A stretch of DNA of 64,000 nt from Cyanobacteria bacterium P01_A01_bin.123 (GTDB lineage Bacteria > Cyanobacteriota > Cyanobacteriia > Phormidesmidales > Phormidesmidaceae): the NCBI GenBank assembly GCA_039815185.1, contig JBCBZT010000016.1, positions 1 through 64,000 on the forward strand. Reading direction: 5' to 3'. The notes beneath the pieces were generated by a model that saw nothing but the letters and a program-made list of their open reading frames with translations, had not been told where the DNA came from and searched no databases. Of this stretch, positions 28,914 through 39,012 are shown one piece after another. Within the stretch, counting starts at the first letter, position 1; every line of letters begins with the position of its first letter. The translations under genes were made by a program, and so were the position numbers.

Positions 28914-30671
28914 TTATATCAATTCGTTGACGAAATCCTGCCAGCCGGACACGTCGTGCCCCCAAACATAGGGGCGCAACTCTTCGTCGCTCAATGGCTG
29001 ATTGATGTGGACCTCGGCAACGCGACACAGCATCCCTCGTAGGGTATTCGCATTCAGGTGATAAACCGCACTTCTTCGCTCTGGTGAAGGTAACTCCGCC
29101 ATCCCAGCCAGGTGACGATAGCGCGAACTGCCGCCAAAGAGCCCCACGGGTCTACGGGCAAATAAGGCTTCCTCCAGGGTTGTAGACGAAAAGCTGATTA
29201 GCATGTCTGACCGTTGCAGATCATCGCGGAAGTATCCCGTGGTGCTCAGTTCCCAATTTGGGGTTTCCGGGAGCAGCTGTTTCAAAGTGGAGAGGGTACA
29301 TTCTTGGGGTTCTTCCCGGACTCTGATGATCAAATGGATATGCTCAATTCCTTGGATGGCCTGTACCAGTTGTTGTAAGCCATGTACAAACTCGCTAGAG
29401 GTTTCATAAATCCAAGGGCGGCCCCCTAGAACTTTGTAGGTGCCTGCCTGCAGGATGGTGAAAACGTCCTTTTGGCAGTCCGGCGGGGGAACCTCATGCC
29501 CCCACATAAGGGGACTTGATTGGCGACGTTTAAGCGTTGGCGCCAACTTTGATGCAGCCTGCTCAGCAACCGGAGATTGGGTGATTGTTTCTGTGGCTAA
29601 TGCGCTTACGAGGAGTCCGTCGGCCAGATGATCTTGGGCATACTGGGCCGTTGGATTCTCAGGTACCCCGTGGGAGCCGTGGGAGATTAACGTGCAGTCA
29701 ATGTCTTGAGATTGAGCGACTTGGGCCAATGCTGGTGCAGCCATCCAACGCAAATGATGGGCGATAACCCGCTCTGGTTTGATGCGTTGAAACAGGGATT
29801 CCAAGTGTGGGATTAGCGCCTCGGTATAGCTCACATGGGTATTGGTGAAATTGATACAGGCTTTTTCAAGCAACGGCGACTCAAACACCTGAGACGACGT
29901 CAGGGTTTTGCTGAAGAATTCACGGTAATCCTGTTTTGGCGATAAAACGGGAACGTATTCCACTGCAGATTTGGAATGGCGGCGGGGGAAAAATTGTTCT
30001 GAGAGAGTTTTTAGGGTGCGGCGTACAGATTTCCCGTTGGCAACGCCAGGGAACAGAACGGAAATGCCTTTTTCTGAGGCTGTGATTTCCGCTGACATTG
30101 CTTTTAGGTTGTATTCGTATCCCGTAAGCCAAATGCAGCGCGGCTTAATAAAGCAAGTGATCAATATGAAATTGAGCATTTGCAGCAACATTTTCCCTCG
30201 TTGATTAGAGCCAATACTGATGCTAAAGGCCCCATAACCGCGATCGTAAACGTATTGAAATAACAGCTCTACTGCGTGATTCAAGTCCTCAATGGGGTGC
30301 CATGTTTGGCCATCGTGAATCAGCCAAGGCCCTGTACCCCTTAGCACTTCATAGAGATAGAAAACCGAACACGTGAACACGTGAAACTTATTCCGGAACA
30401 CTGTTTTCCCTGCAACACTCAAGTCCGGAGCGTCACAGATCTGGGGCCATACAGCACTTTCAGCTTGACGGACGCGGTCAATGAGCTGCTGATGAGCGCG
30501 ATCGCTGACCACGGTCAAGGGCGACAGGACAGGCAGTTGGGTATGGTCTAGCACCGCTGCAAGCGCATTGGGCGTTAATGGGTAGAGTCGTTTTGCATGG
30601 GGTTGATCCTGCAAAAACTGCAACGCTTGTGCCTGGGTGTAGAGAACGGCTGTGGAGGTGGCCTGCGGCAT
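28914..30671 (-). CDS. hypothetical protein, putative GT-B-fold transferase
   Basis: 585 aa; LISHGSH and SD.LISFSSTTLEEAL...RPV motifs resembling GT-B C-terminal domains. Confidence 0.6.
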   Translation of the reverse strand: MPQATSTAVLYTQAQALQFLQDQPHAKRLYPLTPNALAAVLDHTQLPVLSPLTVVSDRAHQQLIDRVRQAESAVWPQICDAPDLSVAGKTVFRNKFHVFTCSVFYLYEVLRGTGPWLIHDGQTWHPIEDLNHAVELLFQYVYDRGYGAFSISIGSNQRGKMLLQMLNFILITCFIKPRCIWLTGYEYNLKAMSAEITASEKGISVLFPGVANGKSVRRTLKTLSEQFFPRRHSKSAVEYVPVLSPKQDYREFFSKTLTSSQVFESPLLEKACINFTNTHVSYTEALIPHLESLFQRIKPERVIAHHLRWMAAPALAQVAQSQDIDCTLISHGSHGVPENPTAQYAQDHLADGLLVSALATETITQSPVAEQAASKLAPTLKRRQSSPLMWGHEVPPPDCQKDVFTILQAGTYKVLGGRPWIYETSSEFVHGLQQLVQAIQGIEHIHLIIRVREEPQECTLSTLKQLLPETPNWELSTTGYFRDDLQRSDMLISFSSTTLEEALFARRPVGLFGGSSRYRHLAGMAELPSPERRSAVYHLNANTLRGMLCRVAEVHINQPLSDEELRPYVWGHDVSGWQDFVNELI

Positions 30672-30677
30672 TTGATG

Positions 30678-32036
30678 TTAGAAGAATTGGTCGATTAGTA
30701 GCGCTGCGATCGCAGCTGATTCTGAGTCGCGGACTTCAAAGCTAGACAAGGGATGGTCTACTTTATATAGCCCCGTCTTCAGACCCGTCATGTTCTCCGT
30801 GCGAATAAACTCTGGATGGGTCACACACCCCAACCCATGCAGGCCAATCAGAGATTGTTCCTTAAAGGCCCGAGGAATGTCGCCGCTGTCTAACCGCTTA
30901 AATGTGCCATCATCTGCCTCTCGCCACATCCAACCGGATTCTGGACGGGCTGGGATGACTGAATCATAGCCGTCGGCTAGCAGATGCTGAATCATGCCAT
31001 CCAGCAACGTTGCCGTCCGAAAAGGGAACGTTTCTTCTAGATGAACAACTAGATCGGGAAGGTAGCCACTTTCTTCGATCCGCGCCAGCGAAAATTTTTG
31101 GACAGCCTGTAGATTGACATGGGCTGCCGACAACTGGGGCGGACGCAAGAATGGACATTCAGCTCCGGCTTGTCGAGCCACATCTGCTGTGTATGCCGAA
31201 TCAGTGGAAACGAAAACCCGGTCGATATATTGAGAGTTTAAGGCTGCTTTGATAGTCAGGGTAAGTTGAGGTTTGCCGTTGAGCGATCGCGTTTCGCCCT
31301 TCACCGGAATAACCGCAGCGATCTTCAGCCGATCAGCATCCAGCTGACCACTGGCGTAATTGACATAGCGGGATTCGATAATCCTGACCACGTTCCGGAG
31401 GCGCTCTGGATTGCCGTCCTGATGAATGCCATGGTAGTGGTATACGCTTGCTTCGGGCTCGTACAGCATCTTGTATCCACGATTCAACATCTCCTGGGCC
31501 CAAATCCGATCCTCAATATTCGTAATCTTTGGATCAAAGGGAACCTCATCCCAGCATTTCCGGCGGATGATGGAGTTTGCATTGTGGAAGAAACTGTCCT
31601 TACGCTGAATCTTACGATCAAGGCCGAACACTAATAAAAGATCCCGCTTATCAGCAGGAGAGGTAAAGGACATCGGTTCCTGACGCCCATAAACGCCCGC
31701 ATAATCTGGATCTTCTTCTAATGCCTTGACGAGAGCTTCAAGCCATTGAGTACCTACTGGAATACAGTGTGCTGAAAGACAGACAACATACGCTCCGACA
31801 GACTGCTCAATGCCTACATTTAAGGCTTTCCCTGGAAGATAATCCGTAATTGTTAAAATTTTACTAACTGAGAATTGTTTGACCTTTTCAAGGGTTTTAT
31901 CAGTACTACCATTATCAACAACAATAACTTCAAAATCTTGATAGGTCTGATTATAAATCGCGTCAAAGCAAGGATTAATCCAACGCTCTTCATTTCTGGT
32001 ACGAATAATAATAGATACGGATGGATTAGAGGGCAT
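30678..32036 (-). CDS. fusion of a GT2 glycosyltransferase and a degenerate CMP-sugar cytidylyltransferase domain
   Basis: N-terminal IIIRTRNEE, VVDNGSTD, LSAHC.P, ED..WA; C-terminal IPVKG....NGKP, VSTDS, PFLRP.QLS, TFPFR. Confidence 0.8.
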   Translation of the reverse strand: MPSNPSVSIIIRTRNEERWINPCFDAIYNQTYQDFEVIVVDNGSTDKTLEKVKQFSVSKILTITDYLPGKALNVGIEQSVGAYVVCLSAHCIPVGTQWLEALVKALEEDPDYAGVYGRQEPMSFTSPADKRDLLLVFGLDRKIQRKDSFFHNANSIIRRKCWDEVPFDPKITNIEDRIWAQEMLNRGYKMLYEPEASVYHYHGIHQDGNPERLRNVVRIIESRYVNYASGQLDADRLKIAAVIPVKGETRSLNGKPQLTLTIKAALNSQYIDRVFVSTDSAYTADVARQAGAECPFLRPPQLSAAHVNLQAVQKFSLARIEESGYLPDLVVHLEETFPFRTATLLDGMIQHLLADGYDSVIPARPESGWMWREADDGTFKRLDSGDIPRAFKEQSLIGLHGLGCVTHPEFIRTENMTGLKTGLYKVDHPLSSFEVRDSESAAIAALLIDQFF

Positions 32037-32084
32037 TATTGATATAAAGGTATGGTTGGAGAGAAGCGTTGAAAACGCTCATCC

Positions 32085-33254
32085 TCAAAGATCTAAGATT
32101 TTCCAGGAAGACTGATCCGCTAAACTCTTTTCCGCCGCCTCAATTACAGCTGTCGAGAAGAGAGACTCTGAAAATGTAGGCCGAATTCCCTCAAAATCCT
32201 GCGGGGTTGCCTCACCTTCCAGCAGAGAAGCAACATCACTTAAAAAGCTGGTGATACTGTCAACACCATAGCCTTCCCACGCCCAATGGCCGTCTTCCAA
32301 ATGATAAGGACGGCAAAAATCAGGGTTTGGCTCTTCCAGCGGATAATCATCGAGCAGAATCCTAACGCCTCGTTCCTTCTGGTCTCCTTCATAACGCCCA
32401 CTTGTGCCAACAAACTTTAGTTTCTGATCCGACATCGCACTAGAGGTCTCCGGGTCAATCCAGTTAACTAGCAACGTTTGAATAAACGTGTGACCAGCAT
32501 CAGTTTCCCATTCCACCAAACACTGGATTGCGTCATGGGCATTGACCCCCTGCTCCGTCAGCCAGACCTTTTGCCCCGTTGCCATCACTCGCAAAGGCAC
32601 GGCTCCAGTCACGAAACGAACCACGTCAATGTAGTGCACGCCTAGATACTGCAAGATGTTGGTTCGCTCAACCCAAGACCGGAACACTGTGCTAGGGATT
32701 GACTTCCTCTGGCTGTACTCTGTCCACGTGTACAGGGGAATTCCCAGCTTCCCTGCCCGGAACGCTTCCCGCAGCATCCGATTCTGGCGATCCCAGCGTT
32801 TGTGAAATTCAACAGCCCCATACACATTGTGTTCGTGAGCCAAATCGATTAACTGCTGGGCCTCCTTTACTGTGGGGGTTAAAGGCTTGACCACTAAAGT
32901 ATGCAACCCGCTTTTGAGACAGGCAGATGCCACTTCACAATGCAGGTGATCTGGCACTGAGACAATGGCACAGCCAGGGGGTTCAACCTTTTCCAGCACT
33001 TCTAAATAGCTTTGAACTGAATCTTCCTGATTGGGGTAAAACTGCAAGGGCAGACGAATGCCAGTTAGGTTAGCCAACTGTTTAGCCTTAAGCTCTGCTT
33101 CTCGTGCCCCAACCACACGGGTACCCACCACGTGAATCTGGGTAAACAATCTGTACTGTCGCTGAAAAACGCTAACAGCTGGAAGAATAGTACCGAAACC
33201 GTCGGTTTGCCTTCCACAAACATACATGCCGGTACCGATAATACAAAGTTTCAT
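32085..33254 (-). CDS. Gfo/Idh/MocA family oxidoreductase
   Basis: IIGTG, VPDHLH, VVKP, VEFHKRWD, LGVHYID. Confidence 0.88.
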   Translation of the reverse strand: MKLCIIGTGMYVCGRQTDGFGTILPAVSVFQRQYRLFTQIHVVGTRVVGAREAELKAKQLANLTGIRLPLQFYPNQEDSVQSYLEVLEKVEPPGCAIVSVPDHLHCEVASACLKSGLHTLVVKPLTPTVKEAQQLIDLAHEHNVYGAVEFHKRWDRQNRMLREAFRAGKLGIPLYTWTEYSQRKSIPSTVFRSWVERTNILQYLGVHYIDVVRFVTGAVPLRVMATGQKVWLTEQGVNAHDAIQCLVEWETDAGHTFIQTLLVNWIDPETSSAMSDQKLKFVGTSGRYEGDQKERGVRILLDDYPLEEPNPDFCRPYHLEDGHWAWEGYGVDSITSFLSDVASLLEGEATPQDFEGIRPTFSESLFSTAVIEAAEKSLADQSSWKILDL

Positions 33255-33278
33255 TTAATAACGACAGCAATCAAGGTT

Positions 33279-34595
33279 TTAAGAAGACACATCTGAAAGC
33301 CCAAGGTGATCAACGAGAAAGCCTTTAATAATTGAGTTGCCAGGATCATAGGCCATTATAGAAGAAGGAAATGAGGTTTTTTCAAGGAGCCTTGACCAAT
33401 CATCATGGTTGATTGAAAATAGGTAATCTAAAATTTTCTTGAAGGATGAATGACTGGGTTGGTTAGTCCAATAAGAACCCTCGTCAGGAAAACCAAGTGG
33501 GTAAGCGAAATTGTACCCAGGATTAGAAGTTCCAAAGTATTTTGGGAAAAAAGAGTTGGTGATCGAAAAAATAGCAGTTTTATTTCCCCGAGCAGCAGAT
33601 TCGTAAGCCAAAGTAGAGTTAAGACCAACAGTAACTTCTGCCCTGTCAGTTGCTTTATAAGAAGAAAACAATCTTCGTGTAGGCTGGGCAATAAACTCAA
33701 CTTCAAACCCTTTAGACATTGAGGTGAAAACCTCTCTTTCAATGTCTAAAGGAGTATTAAGTATAATCTGAAGCTTTTTTTGATTTAATGACGCATACTC
33801 CACCAAGAAATCAAGAATGAGAGAGTAATAATCAGAAAATATACCAGATTTATAAAATAGGTTCTGTTCAGATCTAAATTCCGAGATGATAGCTATCGTT
33901 CCAGGAGAATAAGAATCAATCTTACTGGTATGATTATTTTTCAATGAACCAATGTCAAAAGAATTGCATGAAAACATTTCATTGTAGAGTGAACCTATGT
34001 GTTTGTTATGAACGAATGCATAATCTACAGCCAAATCCCTAAAAGATTTTTCAGAACCTGCTTTTGCATCAACATTCTGAGCTTCAAAAAAATCAGCTCC
34101 TCGTCTTGCATTTTGGATCACAACCATCTTGATATCTTGATGCTTGTTCTTCAGCGTATAAAATGAAAAATCGTTATCCACCAGCGTTACAATAAGTTTT
34201 GGCTTAACGCATTTTATATATGTGTCTATATAAAAACTCTTCAAACTGTAAAGATACGAAATCTCTACTTTCCCATACCGAAAGATTAGAGGAAAACAAC
34301 GAAAAAAAACGTAGAGATTGAGTGCCTCACCTCTCACACAGAGAATTTCAGGGGCATAGGCATCAACATAATTTTTGATAGAGTCGTAGAGATTTAGATC
34401 ATAGATAAGTAATTTGCTTTGACGAGGCGCAGAAAATATTTTCCTAGATAAGACGAGGCAGCGAAATAGATCAAAGATCTTTTGAACAACTATTGGTTGA
34501 TGGGGTAGCCAATATCTAAAGAAGTTAGCGAAAGCACTCTCACTGGGTGCTTTCAGAGTGAGAGGTGGAGAGAAATAACTCAAAAGGCTCTTCAT
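33279..34595 (-). CDS. surface carbohydrate biosynthesis protein (resembles LA_1612 family), putative GT-B transferase
   Basis: P..SKLLIYD, PKLIVTLVDND, IQNA.R, GSLKNN, NSTLAYESAARG.K; AT-rich; family assignment from memory. Confidence 0.6.
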   Translation of the reverse strand: MKSLLSYFSPPLTLKAPSESAFANFFRYWLPHQPIVVQKIFDLFRCLVLSRKIFSAPRQSKLLIYDLNLYDSIKNYVDAYAPEILCVRGEALNLYVFFRCFPLIFRYGKVEISYLYSLKSFYIDTYIKCVKPKLIVTLVDNDFSFYTLKNKHQDIKMVVIQNARRGADFFEAQNVDAKAGSEKSFRDLAVDYAFVHNKHIGSLYNEMFSCNSFDIGSLKNNHTSKIDSYSPGTIAIISEFRSEQNLFYKSGIFSDYYSLILDFLVEYASLNQKKLQIILNTPLDIEREVFTSMSKGFEVEFIAQPTRRLFSSYKATDRAEVTVGLNSTLAYESAARGNKTAIFSITNSFFPKYFGTSNPGYNFAYPLGFPDEGSYWTNQPSHSSFKKILDYLFSINHDDWSRLLEKTSFPSSIMAYDPGNSIIKGFLVDHLGLSDVSS

Positions 34596-34667
34596 ATTCT
34601 TACATTCTTAGACGATTATCCATATAAGTTGATTGTTGTCATCATTCTAGATGTACCGTCATCCCAA

Positions 34668-35345
34668 TTAGTAGGTGGAGAAGTAAGGATCGTCAAACAC
34701 GCGATCGCGCACTGAAATACGATTTGGTAAACAACGATGATTAGGATATTGACCCACTACTAAACTGTTATCTGGTACATTACAATCTATAACTAGTGAG
34801 TTAGCGCCAAAAACCACATTATTCCCAATATTACAATTACCCAAAACACTACTTCGTGAATAAAGGATGACGCCTTCACCAAAGCGTGGATATATGTCTG
34901 TTACAGCACCTATTGTACAGTTCTGGTAAACGGCTAGATAATTTCCATAGCATGCTCTTCCTAAGACTGTTCCGAGTGGGTGAACCAATAGGAATGTCTC
35001 TGGCATTTCCACTGGATAATATAAATCAATGCCATTCATTATCTTGTTCAAGTAAAACAACCTTTCTGGTAAGGCTGAATCGCCTACTTCACACCATATC
35101 GTGTTAGAGAAAAAGTATAAGAAGGCAGAAAAATGATCGCTATTTAGGTGATCAAAGAAAGAAACACCATCTTTGACGTAGTATTTTTTCTGAATTTTCG
35201 AAAAACTCTTTTCGATTCGCTCCATTGTTTTTGAAAGGAATGGAGTAATTGAATAATTGGGTCTGTAGCTATCGGGTATATAGTGAGCCAATAGCTTCAA
35301 GACGTAGGATTCTAGTTCCGTGGAGTCAAGGCTTGTATCCATCAT
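34668..35345 (-). CDS. serine acetyltransferase-like LbH acyltransferase
   Basis: LFYLNK...G.DLYY, HPLGTVLGRA.YG, hexapeptide repeats. Confidence 0.75.
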   Translation of the reverse strand: MMDTSLDSTELESYVLKLLAHYIPDSYRPNYSITPFLSKTMERIEKSFSKIQKKYYVKDGVSFFDHLNSDHFSAFLYFFSNTIWCEVGDSALPERLFYLNKIMNGIDLYYPVEMPETFLLVHPLGTVLGRACYGNYLAVYQNCTIGAVTDIYPRFGEGVILYSRSSVLGNCNIGNNVVFGANSLVIDCNVPDNSLVVGQYPNHRCLPNRISVRDRVFDDPYFSTY

Positions 35346-35440
35346 TTGAGTTAACCAATCGATTCAAAAATGAATCGGCGTTATCCTACTACCCAAGTGC
35401 GTCAACAGCTAGTTTACGACCACAGTTACACCTGGATTGA

Positions 35441-36268
35441 CTACCAAGCATTTAATCCACCATCCACAACCATATTGTGTCCGGTCATATAGCTTGATGC
35501 ATCTGAGGCCAAGTAAAGCAAAGCTCCTACCATTTCTTGAGGCTGAGCCATACGATTCATCGGCACTCGGTCTGAGTAGCGGTTCATAAATTCCCCATTT
35601 TGGCCACTCTCAGTGCCCCCTGGCGTTAACGTGTTGACTCGAATACCATAACTTGCCCAGCAGGTCGCTAAATGTTTTGTCAGTCCAATTACTCCAGCCT
35701 TAGAAGCAGTGTAAACTGCGGGTGTATTAATTTGACGATCTAAATAATAAGAACCTTGGTAAATCCGAGAATCGGGAGCCATAACACCATAAATAGAAGC
35801 AGTTTGGATGATACTACCCCCCTGTTCCTGGGCAATCATTTGCTTCCCCACAGATTGGGCCACCAAAAACATACCATCTAGATTAACAGCCATGACTTGA
35901 TGCCATTGCTCTAGACTGTAGTCTTCTAAGGGTGCAAAGAAAGCATCTAAATCTGCTGATTTGCTGGCAGCATTATTGTGGAGAATATTGATCTGCCCAA
36001 ATTCATCAATAACTTGGGTTATCATCTGCTTCACTGAATCTGGATTGGAGACATCGCAGCCAATCGCCACGGCTTGACCTTGATAGCGCGCGTTTAAGGA
36101 CGCAGCTAAAGCTTGAGCCTTGTCTTCCATTAAATCGACAACAGCAACCTTAGCGCCGAATTCAGCTAGTCCAGCACAAAAATGTTGACCTAAAATGCCA
36201 GCTCCGCCAGTTACTATGGCGACTTTATCTCGTAAATCGAATAATTTTCGATAGGAGATATTACTCAT
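35441..36268 (-). CDS. SDR oxidoreductase, PtmA/ElaC-like
   Basis: TGGAGILG, NNAA, ASIYG..APD..IY, Y..SKAG, GHNMVVDGG. Confidence 0.88.
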   Translation of the reverse strand: MSNISYRKLFDLRDKVAIVTGGAGILGQHFCAGLAEFGAKVAVVDLMEDKAQALAASLNARYQGQAVAIGCDVSNPDSVKQMITQVIDEFGQINILHNNAASKSADLDAFFAPLEDYSLEQWHQVMAVNLDGMFLVAQSVGKQMIAQEQGGSIIQTASIYGVMAPDSRIYQGSYYLDRQINTPAVYTASKAGVIGLTKHLATCWASYGIRVNTLTPGGTESGQNGEFMNRYSDRVPMNRMAQPQEMVGALLYLASDASSYMTGHNMVVDGGLNAW

Positions 36269-36969
36269 GATTTTCGATTTTTCTTGAGTAAAAGCTCAAC
36301 TATCTCAAAATCTAATTCACTATCGATATCGATGGAGCGGTGCTCAGGCATAACGTGTAATTTAGTATCAGAATTAAATACCGTAGGATGGTCAAATAGC
36401 GCTTGACGTTGCCAAACATAAATGGAAGCATTCATGTCAAAGCAAGGTGGTGAATCCTGCCGTCGAGTAATGGGATCTTGCAAGGGTTTTGACAATCTAA
36501 TGATGCCATCTTTTCCCAACTCTACTAAATTGAAATAGGGCGATCGCCGAGCTGGTGCACCCGTAATCACATTGGAAACACGTTGCGTTTCTAGTAAAGA
36601 CACCGCAGCTTGAATATCTGCCGGTAATCTCAGCGGTGAGGTGACATCAAGGTCAACGATGGTCTCAAACTGGGTTTGGGCAAACATCTCGGCGGCTTCA
36701 ACACAGTGACGAATGGCAGGCAGCTTTGGTGCAGTATCGCTGGATAATTCTGGTGGTCTGACCACGAGACAATCAGCCCCAAAGGCTTCCGCGACTTCCA
36801 AAATTTTAGGTGAATCACTGCTAACGGCAATCAGTTGAAATAGCTTACTCTCCCTTGCCTGCGCTAACGTATGAGCAATCAGCGGTTTGCCTTCTAGTTC
36901 TCGAATATTCTTGTGTTTCACCCCTTTTGAACCGCCACGGGCACAGAGGGTACACAGCCGTTTGCTCAT
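36265..36969 (-). CDS. CMP-nonulosonic acid synthetase (LegF/PtmB/ElaB-like)
   Basis: CARGGSKGVKHKNI, LDVTSPLR, SPYFN, MNASIY, SIDIDSELDF. Confidence 0.92.
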   Translation of the reverse strand: MSKRLCTLCARGGSKGVKHKNIRELEGKPLIAHTLAQARESKLFQLIAVSSDSPKILEVAEAFGADCLVVRPPELSSDTAPKLPAIRHCVEAAEMFAQTQFETIVDLDVTSPLRLPADIQAAVSLLETQRVSNVITGAPARRSPYFNLVELGKDGIIRLSKPLQDPITRRQDSPPCFDMNASIYVWQRQALFDHPTVFNSDTKLHVMPEHRSIDIDSELDFEIVELLLKKNRKS

Positions 36970-37895
36970 CGGCTAATCCAGGTGTGGGTTAAAGCTGCCT
37001 GCTCAGCACAATCAATGGTCTGCAAAACTGCCATAGCCGATTCAACAGAACAGAGATACGTCTCATCTCCAGCTATAACAGCTTGGTGTTCAGCCAGGTA
37101 GGTTTGATCACGAGGAATTTCAAAGGTTTCTAGGGTCTCGTCTATCATCAGCGTTCCTCGAATCAGATCGACACTTATCGTCTGTTGATTGGTAAGAATT
37201 ACAATTTCTCGGCGGGGGAGGCGGCTTAGGTAATCTAGATGGATCGAGACTAAAGGATAGCTCGGGGTCTCCAAGATTAAAGAAAAGACGTCATCACTAT
37301 CAATCTCTAAGGCACTTAAGTGTCCGCCAGCCGCAGTCAACCGTTTCCAGGCTCCAAACAACCAGAGGGCATAATCAAGCTCATGGCTTAAATCTCGTAA
37401 GACCCCTCCCCCTTGATTTCGATAGGCGGAATAACTTTGACGATAATCTACCGTTGGACGCCATTGGGGTAGATACTGGCCCACATAAATATGAGCGGCT
37501 ATGCCTGACTGGCGTGATAGCAGTCGATGAAGCGATTGAAGCAGGGGGTGAAACCGTAAGTTATAGGCTACAGCTAAGCGTTGGAAGCTGTGCTTGGGAG
37601 GGTGGCAAGGATGATGGAATAGGGGCTTTTCGACTAATACTGTGCCAGTAAAATCTTGCTGTCCTAAATATTGGAGGGTTGGGTAATGTTCATGGGTACG
37701 ATTGGCAACCACAACATAATCTGGTTGCCAATCTGCCAGGGCAATGCCTAAATCCGCATAACTAGAATCTATGTCAGTGGTTTCAGCGTCAAGAGAGCGA
37801 CGACTGCACACAGCTACTGCGCAATTTAATTGCTTGAGCAGCCGCGTATGGCGTTGACCAATTGAACCATAGCCCACCACTAATGCCTTAGTCAT
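36966..37895 (-). CDS. Gfo/Idh/MocA oxidoreductase, PtmF/ElaA-like
   Basis: GYGSIGQRH, EKP, YNLRFHP, GQYLP.WRP..DYR.SYSA, GGGVLRDLSHELD. Confidence 0.88.
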   Translation of the reverse strand: MTKALVVGYGSIGQRHTRLLKQLNCAVAVCSRRSLDAETTDIDSSYADLGIALADWQPDYVVVANRTHEHYPTLQYLGQQDFTGTVLVEKPLFHHPCHPPKHSFQRLAVAYNLRFHPLLQSLHRLLSRQSGIAAHIYVGQYLPQWRPTVDYRQSYSAYRNQGGGVLRDLSHELDYALWLFGAWKRLTAAGGHLSALEIDSDDVFSLILETPSYPLVSIHLDYLSRLPRREIVILTNQQTISVDLIRGTLMIDETLETFEIPRDQTYLAEHQAVIAGDETYLCSVESAMAVLQTIDCAEQAALTHTWISR

Positions 37896-37921
37896 CGGTT
37901 GGGATTACAGGCAAGGCCTGA

Positions 37922-38986
37922 TCAAGACGCAAATTTATCTTGGGCTTTTTGGAAATCGGCTTCTCTTCCCACATCTAACCAAGGTTCATGCATAGGATAG
38001 ACAATAGTGCGTCCTGCTTTTTCTTTGACTCTAAGAAAAAGCTCAGGCATATCGCAAAGCTGTCTGTTTTTCAGATTTGTTAAGACTTGAGGGCTCAAGG
38101 CATAAATACCTGCATTCACATGGCTGCGAATAATGGGTTTTTCTTCAAACCCGATAATATCGACTCCCTGAGTACACACCACACCAAATGGATTTTGCCA
38201 TTCATGGAGTCGCACCGCCATGGTTGCCATAGCCTGATGGGTTTTATGAAAATCTAACAACTCACCATAGTGAATATCGGTGAGGACATCGCCATTGGTT
38301 ACTATGAATGGCACATCTGGATAGGGGTTCAACAAACTGAGAGCTCCAGCAGTCCCCAAGGGCAGGTCTTCACGCAAGTAATCGATTTGCACCTGCCAAC
38401 GGCTCCCATCGCCGAAGTAGTCTTCGATCAAATGCCCCAGGTAGTGAATGGCAATTATGAATTTGTGAAACCCTTGTGCCTTAGCCCGCTCCAAAATATG
38501 CTCCAGCATGGGTTTGCCTGCGACTGGAAGTAGAGGTTTAGGGCAGGTTTCTGTCAACGGCCGTAAGCGTTTGCCTTTACCCCCGGCCATAATCACCATG
38601 GGGTTAGGGCGATAGACAGGGGCTAAAAATTCTCGAATCAGGTGTAACCCAACGACTCGGTGAGTTTCATCCACAATGGGGAGTTGTTGAATCCCATTAG
38701 CGTGCATGATTTGCACCACGGTATCCCGAGGCACCTGAGATGGGACTACGGTAGGCTTGCGATTGATAATGGTATCCACTGGACTCTGGAGTTCTAAACC
38801 TCTTAGGAGCCCCCGACGGATGTCACCATCGGTCACGGTACCGACAAGTTGCTCCTCTGGCGTAATTAAGAGGACAATTTGGAGCGCTGACTGGTCAAGA
38901 TTGCGAATGGCTTGCTCTAGGGTACTCTGGATTGGCAATAGGGCACGTCGCCAAGTGTTAGCAGAGGGTTGAAAATCGCTAGACAT
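37922..38986 (-). CDS. CBS-domain nucleotidyltransferase (PtmE/LgaF-like)
   Basis: GTVTDGDIRR CBS pair, MAGGKGKRLRPLT...PKP, PLGTAGAL, NGD, WLDVG. Confidence 0.9.
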   Translation of the reverse strand: MSSDFQPSANTWRRALLPIQSTLEQAIRNLDQSALQIVLLITPEEQLVGTVTDGDIRRGLLRGLELQSPVDTIINRKPTVVPSQVPRDTVVQIMHANGIQQLPIVDETHRVVGLHLIREFLAPVYRPNPMVIMAGGKGKRLRPLTETCPKPLLPVAGKPMLEHILERAKAQGFHKFIIAIHYLGHLIEDYFGDGSRWQVQIDYLREDLPLGTAGALSLLNPYPDVPFIVTNGDVLTDIHYGELLDFHKTHQAMATMAVRLHEWQNPFGVVCTQGVDIIGFEEKPIIRSHVNAGIYALSPQVLTNLKNRQLCDMPELFLRVKEKAGRTIVYPMHEPWLDVGREADFQKAQDKFAS

Positions 38987-39012
38987 AACGGTTATTTTCA
39001 GTTGCGATTTAG

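Noticed and set aside
34302..34309. Homopolymer runs (A8 here and near 52394 and 57315; C7 near 18527) as phase-variation tracts
   Set aside because: Short, explained by Phe/Gly codons, and all frames are intact
34668..35345. True cysE partnering cysK
   Set aside because: It lies 30 kb away inside the glycan operon and lacks the usual CysE DH..G.VIGET motif; more likely a glycan acyltransferase
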